The translations under genes were made by a program, and so were the position numbers. Positions 55,363-62,858 of a stretch of 64,000 nt of DNA are shown here, piece by piece (position 1 is the first letter of the stretch; each line of letters begins with the position of its first letter). This DNA comes from a virus. The stretch covers positions 128,001-192,000 of the IMG/VR virus record IMGVR_UViG_3300045988_176431; one strand, written 5' to 3'. The notes under the pieces were generated by a model. That model was not told the origin of the DNA and searched no databases. It saw only the letters and a list, made by a program, of their open reading frames with translations.

Positions 55363-55380
55363 TTTAAGTATATGTTTTTA
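55362..55380 (-). promoter_or_regulatory. A-tract/ACA promoter-like motif with no ORF downstream
   Basis: TAAAAACATATACTTAAAG reads into the 250-nt non-coding unit. Confidence 0.45.
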
Positions 55381-55392
55381 TATTTTAAGGTC

Positions 55393-55430
55393 AAAAAAGA
55401 GATACTAGGAAATTCCTAGTATCTCTTTTT
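55393..55430. terminator. strong terminator after the capsid-candidate gene
   Basis: 17-bp stem aaaaagagatactagga / tcctagtatctcttttt. Confidence 0.8.
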
Positions 55431-55466
55431 AATAGTATTATTTATAAGGTATTCAATCTCATTGGA

Positions 55467-57194
55467 TTAAACAAAATCTGCATTATCAAATGCAATATCA
55501 CCCTGAATACCCTGAACATGTGCATTCGTATATCTGGATGTTCCCATCAGATATGTAGCCGAACCACCTGGAAGATCAGGAGAACGATATGCAGAGTTTG
55601 CAGCTGTCATAATATGAGAAGAATATTTCCAATGCTTGAAGGTAATTGTATCCTTCGTTGTTGGGAATGGAATAATTCTCAACGTATTCATAGAAGAAGC
55701 GTTGATCTTCATAGCAGATACAACCTTAACTTTGATGTTTCCGCTTGTCATAACACCATAACTGTAATTCAGTTTAACACCTCCAACAGTATCGCCCTGA
55801 CGAACAACCCAGTTTACATTAGGGTCAAGCAGAGAGATATAACGAGGGTTACCATAAATTACGAATGTTAAATCTTCCAACTTAGCTGTATCAGCTAACT
55901 GGATTAAGAAACGATCAATCGTAAACTTCAACTGAGTTGCAATGAACTCACTTGGAAGTGCAGTTGTAGCGATTGTAGAATCACAATCGAAACGATGCTT
56001 AGCAACAAATGGATTGAAGTCAAGCGGATCTAAAACTGCTCCATCATATTTCTTAAACATCTCATCAAGATAATCAAGTGTCTGACTATCTTCCATCTGA
56101 ACAAGGATGTCGTTCAGATTTACATATGTCTTCTTATACAGATCTTCATTCAGAAGAGCTTTTGCATCTTCCAACTGCTCAAGAGAATATGGAATATCTG
56201 TACGGAATCCATCTTCAATCTTCCACTCCATGTCTTCACGAGTGTAATCCCAAGTTACAGCTCTTTCATTCTTTTCGTTTGAAAGATATCCTGTGAAGCT
56301 TACACCTTTAATCTGACCAGATGCAGAAGATAATGTAATTTTATTTGTTACAAAGTCACAGAAACCTGTTACGATATCGTTAACAGTAACATCCTCTTTA
56401 GTTTTGTTCTGAACTTTAACATCACGGATTACTCCGCCTACCCACTGACCATCTGCAAGATTTACAGTCATAGGTCTCTTAAGAACAACTTCTGTTCCAT
56501 CTTCAAGATAAACTTTATCAATCTGAATATTGATTGTAATGTTTTCACGTGTTGGGATAGAAGCATCTGTAAGTTCATCAATGATATCATAATCAAAGAG
56601 AGGAAGATTTACCTGCTTAGTATTAATCGGAAGACCTTTACCAGCTTTGAAAATCTCTTTATATTCATCATTGAAGAAGCACTGTGGGTACTGCCATCTC
56701 TTCTGTGTCTTAGGGTCAACTACCCATGTACGCTCAATCTGTTTCTTGATTACTGGAGATTTTGTAATCTCAGTATCAACAATGGCTTTCGAAATACATT
56801 TTGCATGAGAACGAACAACCAACGGCAAATCTACAGACTTAACAGGTAACAAGTTACCAACACGTGTAGACTCCATTACAAGGTCATTTACTGTATTATC
56901 ATACAACTGAGAAACTTCTTCGTATAAGTTTCCAGGTGTCAATTCACCATCTTCTCCTACAGACTCATTATAGAATCCAGACAGAAGAGCATCTTTAAAA
57001 GTATCAATCAGTTCCTTGCTTTTGATAAACGTGTTTACTTCTGTTTTGTAATCACAAGCACCGGATACTGCGTTTGCAGCTTCAGTAAACAAAGAATCGA
57101 AATCATTTGCAGATTGATTCATACTGAATCCGCCTACTGTGGCAGTTTCTTCGAAATTACTACCACTCTCGGTTAAAAATGGTAATCCATTCAT
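55467..57194 (-). CDS. putative major capsid protein
   Basis: 575 aa. ATG 57194 behind SD aaaggagtga, promoter motif 36 nt upstream, strong terminator. Codon usage is shifted to C-ending codons. Preceded by an acidic scaffold-like gene. Confidence 0.5.
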   Translation of the reverse strand: MNGLPFLTESGSNFEETATVGGFSMNQSANDFDSLFTEAANAVSGACDYKTEVNTFIKSKELIDTFKDALLSGFYNESVGEDGELTPGNLYEEVSQLYDNTVNDLVMESTRVGNLLPVKSVDLPLVVRSHAKCISKAIVDTEITKSPVIKKQIERTWVVDPKTQKRWQYPQCFFNDEYKEIFKAGKGLPINTKQVNLPLFDYDIIDELTDASIPTRENITINIQIDKVYLEDGTEVVLKRPMTVNLADGQWVGGVIRDVKVQNKTKEDVTVNDIVTGFCDFVTNKITLSSASGQIKGVSFTGYLSNEKNERAVTWDYTREDMEWKIEDGFRTDIPYSLEQLEDAKALLNEDLYKKTYVNLNDILVQMEDSQTLDYLDEMFKKYDGAVLDPLDFNPFVAKHRFDCDSTIATTALPSEFIATQLKFTIDRFLIQLADTAKLEDLTFVIYGNPRYISLLDPNVNWVVRQGDTVGGVKLNYSYGVMTSGNIKVKVVSAMKINASSMNTLRIIPFPTTKDTITFKHWKYSSHIMTAANSAYRSPDLPGGSATYLMGTSRYTNAHVQGIQGDIAFDNADFV

Positions 57195-57220
57195 TTTTTT
57201 CACTCCTTTAATTTTCATTT

Positions 57221-57237
57221 TATTATTTCTGTTTTTT
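57221..57237 (-). promoter_or_regulatory. A-tract/ACA promoter-like motif
   Basis: AAAAAACAGAAATAATA, 36 nt upstream of ATG 57194. Confidence 0.55.
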
Positions 57238-57320
57238 CACATCTTTTTGAACCCTCAGATTCAAATAATAAAATAGACATTACTTTGGATTTCTTTTATT
57301 TATATGTTTTATCATAAGAA

Positions 57321-58196
57321 TTAAGTTTTAGATTTAATTTCATTTAATCTTATCTTTTTTAATATCTGTAAAATAAGATTAATACTAGTCATAATTCTCT
57401 GATAGAAAAACATAGATTTTGTGAAACTTGATTTTGCAAATTTCATAATCATGTAATCCTTCATAAGTTCTTTTATTTTTATCAATTTGATACTGAGTTC
57501 TTTGTATTCTCTGTTTAATTCTCCATCATCAGATGTAATAGTATTGATTTCATCAATATATTCATCTAAACTTGTATAAACGTTTTTAAACTTCTGATAA
57601 AGATTGTATTTATACATTTGCTCTACTTTATCATCTTCTCCTTCTCCGGATTGATCTTCTCCTTGATCTGGTGTTTCAGAATCTGTTGTTTGAGCTTCTC
57701 CTTCCTCTCCACCATCTTCAGGAGGATTATCAGCATCTGCTGTGTAATCTTCATCATCCGTTATTGGTTCATCCGGAGTTCCTTCCTCTCCACCATCTTC
57801 TGGTGTTTCAGAATCTGTTGTTTGAGCTTCTCCTTCCTCTCCACCATCTTCAGGAGGATTATCAGCATCTGCTGTGTAATCTTCATCATCCGTTATTGGT
57901 TCATCCGGAGTTTCTTCCTCTCCACCATCTTCTGGTGTTTCAGAATCTTCCGGAATATCTGTATCTGAATAATCCTCTTCATCAGTTATTGGTTCTTCTG
58001 GAGTATCAACTTCTTCGTCATCATCCATTGTTATCTCAGAATCCTTTGTATAATCTCGTCTTCTTTTATCTGATAACTTTAAATCAATAACTTTCATATT
58101 TGATGGTTTTGAATCATCTGCTTCTTGAAATAAATTATATTCAAAAAAAGGAGATAACTTTTTACGTGTATCAACTTCAACAACCATATCAATCAA
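57321..58196 (-). CDS. highly acidic repeat protein (scaffold-like?)
   Basis: 291 aa. The D/E/T/P-rich centre contains a 44-aa tandem repeat; the C-terminus is helical. Confidence 0.65.
   Translation of the reverse strand: MIDMVVEVDTRKKLSPFFEYNLFQEADDSKPSNMKVIDLKLSDKRRRDYTKDSEITMDDDEEVDTPEEPITDEEDYSDTDIPEDSETPEDGGEEETPDEPITDDEDYTADADNPPEDGGEEGEAQTTDSETPEDGGEEGTPDEPITDDEDYTADADNPPEDGGEEGEAQTTDSETPDQGEDQSGEGEDDKVEQMYKYNLYQKFKNVYTSLDEYIDEINTITSDDGELNREYKELSIKLIKIKELMKDYMIMKFAKSSFTKSMFFYQRIMTSINLILQILKKIRLNEIKSKT
57670..57955. repeat. 132-bp tandem repeat, about 2.2 copies, in frame
   Basis: 'ggtgtttcagaatc' recurs at 57670, 57802 and 57934. The protein reads PEDGGEEG.PDEPITDDEDYTADADNPPEDGGEEGEAQTTDSET twice. 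Confidence 0.9.
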
Positions 58197-58202
58197 CCCC
58201 TT

Positions 58203-60446
58203 TTAAATGAAATTACTATTCAATTGTACACGATGCTTCTCAGCCGTTAATTTATCTTTGATTCTCATCAATTTATATTTTTCCTGCTGATCACCGTTTG
58301 CGTTTGCATCATTAATCTTTTCTTCACAAATGCGAATTTCAGTCTCTAATTCACGTGTTAATTCATTACGGATTCTTCTATCTTTATCTTTTGAAAAATG
58401 ACGAATTAACATAGCAAATGGAAGAGAGGATAATTTATATCTAGCAGCTCCACCATATAAAAGAGCCCACTTCGCATTTCTAAAGATTTTATGACGATAT
58501 CCAGGTTTTAAGAAAAATTCTTTTCGTCTTTTTACATCCATCTTATTAAAAGAATCTGTAAACTTTTTAACAGAATTTAACCAACCTTTTGGACCAGCCA
58601 TAATAGCTTTACCAGCATTTTTTAATTTTGTATTTTTTTCTTGACGAATTCCACGTTTCTGTTGACGTGCAGCTTCAGCATCAATTGCTTTGTTTTGAAT
58701 TTTGGTAGGGAGGTCTTCTTTTGGTTTTTGTGGTTTTACATTGGTTTTCTCTTTATCACCATGAATCTCTCTTCTAAATTCTTCAACTTCTTCATCTTTA
58801 TCTTTCGATGCTTCCACATATGCACTATCTATATAATATTTACTTGTTTTACGTACCTGAACATATATCTCAAATACAGGAATTCTATCAATAGTTTCGT
58901 CATTATATGTAACTTTGAAATCATTATCATATTTTTGGAATTTTTCTTTAATTTCTTTTTTTATATCTGCTATTTTTGTATCGGTTAGTGATTCTTTTTT
59001 AAAAGTACCAACCCATAAGCCTATACATTTTCCTTTGTAAAAATCTTCATTTATTTTTTCAGGATTATAACCATTTTCACATTTTAAGTTAAAACTTTTC
59101 ACAATATTCATTATAGTATGAAATGCATTTTTTCTGGCATCATAATTTTCTTTATTTGCTTCTTTCCAGTCTTTTCTTATTTTATTACCATCTTCATCAT
59201 AATCAAATAATTCATCTTCTTCTGATTCAGATTTCTTAACTGCATCTTCTTTTGCTTTTTTCTTTTCTTCTTCTTTCTCATTCTTTTCTTTTTCAATCTG
59301 TTTTTGTGTCATAATATGTTTTTTAATAACCGAATCTGGTTCTCCATTATCAGTCCATTCCATCATCGCAATGTCAGATGAAATATCATCAATATAATCC
59401 TCATACTTTTCTACAATTTCAGATACTTCATCTTCATCATCATGAGAAAGAATTTCAAAATCACGACAAGACTCATAGTAATTCTTTAATGATTTCAAAT
59501 AATCATATTTTTTGCATTTATTGATATCATTTACAATAGAATCTCCTGTTGTACATTCATAGATATCTTCTAAAGCAGCAGTCAATCCCATAAAATGATT
59601 CGTTGATTCTGTATAGGTTAATTCAGGTTTTTTAAGTCCAATGCTTATTAATCCTTTAATATAAATCTTTGTATTAAATGGCATTGTATCAATACGTGAC
59701 ATAACTAATTCATCTTTTCCAATAATGGATACTGCTCTTGCAGTATCCATTTTATATCTTTCAATATCAATAGAACTAGAATCGCTTACTATACCTGGTT
59801 GATTATCTTGATTATCATAAACGGCAGATCTAGCAACATGCCTTACAAGGTCTTCTAATAAATATGCACGAGTATATCCATTGACTAGAAAATATGCGAA
59901 TAAAGTAATTCTTGTATTTGGTTCAATACAATAAATAACGACTGAATTTATTATATCAGTTAATTCTTTTTCACATCCTGTTTCAGATATTTCATAAATA
60001 TAATCAAATACAGTATTTAGCATCTCTTCTCCACCACTTTTACAAGCAATCATTGAAAGATTTATTGTATTCTTTAATACTTTAAGTTCATCATCCAGAA
60101 TTTCTTTTATCTCATAATATAATCCAGTACCATTATCATAATCCATATTAAGTCCGTTACATTTATTAATTTTCTCCTCCACAATTGTTTGCACTGATGC
60201 TATTTTATGAAAAGGAATAAAATTATTGTTTACAATATCAAGAATGAATCTTGCTCCAAAATAACACCCTTCCGAAAGAATTAATGAAAGATTCTTAAGG
60301 ATAAATGACAAAGATTCATCTTTATACGTATTATAAAATTCTTGAGCGGTCTCTTCTGTATAATTCTTCTTCAATTCTTCATATTTTTTATCGAATCTTT
60401 TTTGAGGAGTCCCATTAAGAATTTCATCTTTATTTAAGATACTCAT
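58203..60446 (-). CDS. large hypothetical head-module protein
   Basis: 747-aa ORF with promoter-like motif 43 nt upstream. The C-terminus is basic and helical. Confidence 0.7.
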   Translation of the reverse strand: MSILNKDEILNGTPQKRFDKKYEELKKNYTEETAQEFYNTYKDESLSFILKNLSLILSEGCYFGARFILDIVNNNFIPFHKIASVQTIVEEKINKCNGLNMDYDNGTGLYYEIKEILDDELKVLKNTINLSMIACKSGGEEMLNTVFDYIYEISETGCEKELTDIINSVVIYCIEPNTRITLFAYFLVNGYTRAYLLEDLVRHVARSAVYDNQDNQPGIVSDSSSIDIERYKMDTARAVSIIGKDELVMSRIDTMPFNTKIYIKGLISIGLKKPELTYTESTNHFMGLTAALEDIYECTTGDSIVNDINKCKKYDYLKSLKNYYESCRDFEILSHDDEDEVSEIVEKYEDYIDDISSDIAMMEWTDNGEPDSVIKKHIMTQKQIEKEKNEKEEEKKKAKEDAVKKSESEEDELFDYDEDGNKIRKDWKEANKENYDARKNAFHTIMNIVKSFNLKCENGYNPEKINEDFYKGKCIGLWVGTFKKESLTDTKIADIKKEIKEKFQKYDNDFKVTYNDETIDRIPVFEIYVQVRKTSKYYIDSAYVEASKDKDEEVEEFRREIHGDKEKTNVKPQKPKEDLPTKIQNKAIDAEAARQQKRGIRQEKNTKLKNAGKAIMAGPKGWLNSVKKFTDSFNKMDVKRRKEFFLKPGYRHKIFRNAKWALLYGGAARYKLSSLPFAMLIRHFSKDKDRRIRNELTRELETEIRICEEKINDANANGDQQEKYKLMRIKDKLTAEKHRVQLNSNFI

Positions 60447-60477
60447 TTATAATTACCTCACTTTCTTCTTAAAAATT

Positions 60478-60494
60478 CTTATGTATTTGTTTTC
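60478..60494 (-). promoter_or_regulatory. A-tract/ACA promoter-like motif (weaker A-tract)
   Basis: GAAAACAAATACATAAG, 43 nt upstream of ATG 60446. Confidence 0.45.
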
Positions 60495-60519
60495 TTACCA
60501 TTTTTGCATAATTCTAATC

Positions 60520-60538
60520 AAAAAACAATACTCTAATG
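60520..60538 (+). promoter_or_regulatory. A-tract/ACA promoter-like motif
   Basis: AAAAAACAATACTCTAATG, 43 nt upstream of ATG 60570. Confidence 0.55.
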
Positions 60539-60569
60539 AAAATATATTATTTTTAAAGGTGGTGAAAGC

Positions 60570-62852
60570 ATGGCAACTGAAAGAGATTTAAATGTTTCTT
60601 TACATAAAAGAGAAACAAATGAAGTCTTAAATCTTTATCCAGAAACAAAGACAGAAAATGTTCATGTTACAGATGAACAAACTCTTGATAAATATTTATC
60701 ATTACAAAATAAAATAAATGAATCTTATTTAAAAGATTCAAAAAAATTAAGTCAAATAGAAGATGGAGCTCAGAAAAACCAGAATGCTTTTTCTGCAGTA
60801 AAATCAGGAAATTTTTTAGTAGAAGCATCTAAAGCAAAAGATACTCTGGAACTTATTGCTGGTAGCAATATTTCTATTGATATTATTGATGATAAGATTA
60901 CTTTTAATGCAGGTAAAACAGATGTTACAAAAGCAGATGCTACAACAGATGGTCTGATGAGCAGTAAGGATTATAAAAAACTTCAAAATATTGAAGAAAA
61001 TGCTAATAATTATGTTCATCCATCATCTGGTGTAGTTCCTAATACTTATATTCGTGTAACTGTAGATAAGAATGGTCATGTAACAAAAGGAAATAATGAT
61101 GTATTAAAAATTTCTGAGGGTGGTACTGGTGTAAGTACATTATTAGAACTTAAAAATTTAATTGGTTCAGGTAATATTGATATGGAGTATTCTGTTAAAG
61201 AAAACTCGTCAAATCCTGTTACATCATCAGGTATTTATAAAGCGTTACAGGAAAAAGCGAATACGAATCATGGAAATCATGTTCCAGATAGTTCAGATTC
61301 ACCTGATTCTTTTTCTTTCTTAAAAGAAGGAAATGTATGGGAATCAATTCCAAGTGGAAATACTTCACAAAAAGGTGTTATTCAATTAACAAATGAAATT
61401 GGTGATAGTGAATCTTTAGGAGTAAGTCAAAAAGGGTTAAAATCACTATCAGACTCCATAACAACAAAGATTGATAGTTTAAAAGGAAGCCCTGAATCAG
61501 GATTAGATACATTAGAAAAAATCGCAACTCGAGTTAATACAAATAGTACAGAATTAAGTAATCATACAAGTAATAGTACAATTCATATTACTGCTGATGA
61601 AAGAAAGAAATGGAATGCTAAGTCAGATGTTAAATTAGATACTGAATTATCTAATACATCTACAAATGCTATTAGTAATAAAGCAATAACAGATGCCTTA
61701 ACAACTCATACAAGTAATAGTACAATTCATATTACTGCTGATGAGAGGACTAAGTGGAATGGTATTTTAGAAAAAGCAAAAGCATATACTGATGAGAAGT
61801 ATGGTTCTATTGACAAAATAGATTTTTATGTGATTGAATCTGGTACTCATGAATCAATCACATCTCCATCTAATTCATTAATTTATTTAGAGAAAGCATC
61901 TTCAGGAACACAATATGAATCATGGATTTACAGAGATAAATGGATGAATATCGGCTCTGATGATTTAAATCTTGATAATTATTATAATAAAACTGAAGTT
62001 GTCAATTTAATCAATAATTCAAAACTTACAGTAGACACTGCTTTATCTTCTACTTCTGAAAATCCTGTTCAGAATAAAGTAATTAATTCTGCATTAGGAA
62101 ATAAAGCAAATAGTAGTGAATTAAGTACTCATACAAGTAATACTACAATTCATATTACTGCTGAAGATAGAAAGAGATGGAATGATGCTGCATCTAGTAC
62201 TGTTACAGTAGATACTACTTTATCTAATACATCTACAAATGCTATTAGTAATAAAGCAGTAAAAGATGCCTTAGATAATAAAGCAAACAATACTAACTTA
62301 ACAAATAAAGTAGATAAAGTAAATGGAAAAGGATTATCTACAAATGATTTTACAAACGCATTAAAATCTAATTATGATAATGCATATGCACATTCAACAA
62401 GTGCTCATGCACCATCAAATGCTGAAAGAAATGTAATATTAGGTATTCAAAAGAATGGGATTGATATAACTCCGAATACAAGTACGCGAAAGGTAAATAT
62501 TACAGTTCCCAAAAAAATAAGTGAATTATCAAATGATTCTGGTTATATAAGCAAGCACCCATCTGTAGAAACAGAGCCAGATACATCATCAAGCAAATCA
62601 ATCAATATAAAAACTGGAGATTCATTTGATGTAGTTGATTCAGTAACAAGAGATTCAAATGGTCATGTAACAAAGATAAATGTAAAAACAGTTACTGTAC
62701 CAAAACATGATAACTCAGGTGGAGGTGTTGTTAGAAGTAAAACAGCTCCAAAGGATACAACAGTATTATGGATTGATATTAGCAGTACAAACGAAATTCC
62801 TAAATATTATAATGGAACAGTTTGGATTACATTACCAGCAGTATGGGGGTGA
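60570..62852 (+). CDS. tail fibre protein with repeat modules
   Basis: 'TDGLMSSKDYKKLQNIE' is typical of tail-fibre repeats. 'HTSNSTIHITADERKKWN' occurs three times and 'LSNTSTNAISNKA' twice. SD aaaggtggtga and promoter motif upstream. Confidence 0.75.
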   Translation: MATERDLNVSLHKRETNEVLNLYPETKTENVHVTDEQTLDKYLSLQNKINESYLKDSKKLSQIEDGAQKNQNAFSAVKSGNFLVEASKAKDTLELIAGSNISIDIIDDKITFNAGKTDVTKADATTDGLMSSKDYKKLQNIEENANNYVHPSSGVVPNTYIRVTVDKNGHVTKGNNDVLKISEGGTGVSTLLELKNLIGSGNIDMEYSVKENSSNPVTSSGIYKALQEKANTNHGNHVPDSSDSPDSFSFLKEGNVWESIPSGNTSQKGVIQLTNEIGDSESLGVSQKGLKSLSDSITTKIDSLKGSPESGLDTLEKIATRVNTNSTELSNHTSNSTIHITADERKKWNAKSDVKLDTELSNTSTNAISNKAITDALTTHTSNSTIHITADERTKWNGILEKAKAYTDEKYGSIDKIDFYVIESGTHESITSPSNSLIYLEKASSGTQYESWIYRDKWMNIGSDDLNLDNYYNKTEVVNLINNSKLTVDTALSSTSENPVQNKVINSALGNKANSSELSTHTSNTTIHITAEDRKRWNDAASSTVTVDTTLSNTSTNAISNKAVKDALDNKANNTNLTNKVDKVNGKGLSTNDFTNALKSNYDNAYAHSTSAHAPSNAERNVILGIQKNGIDITPNTSTRKVNITVPKKISELSNDSGYISKHPSVETEPDTSSSKSINIKTGDSFDVVDSVTRDSNGHVTKINVKTVTVPKHDNSGGGVVRSKTAPKDTTVLWIDISSTNEIPKYYNGTVWITLPAVWG

Positions 62853-62858
62853 TAAAAA

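Noticed and set aside
57670-57955. CRISPR-like array (regularly spaced repeats).
   Set aside because: The units are contiguous 132-bp tandem copies inside a coding frame, with no spacers. No other repeat-spacer structure exists in the window.
57618-58090. Plus-strand ORFs of 116 and 139 aa with internal repeats.
   Set aside because: They are antisense reading of the 132-bp tandem repeat in the acidic minus-strand gene. They have no SD and a hydrophobic low-complexity artefact composition.
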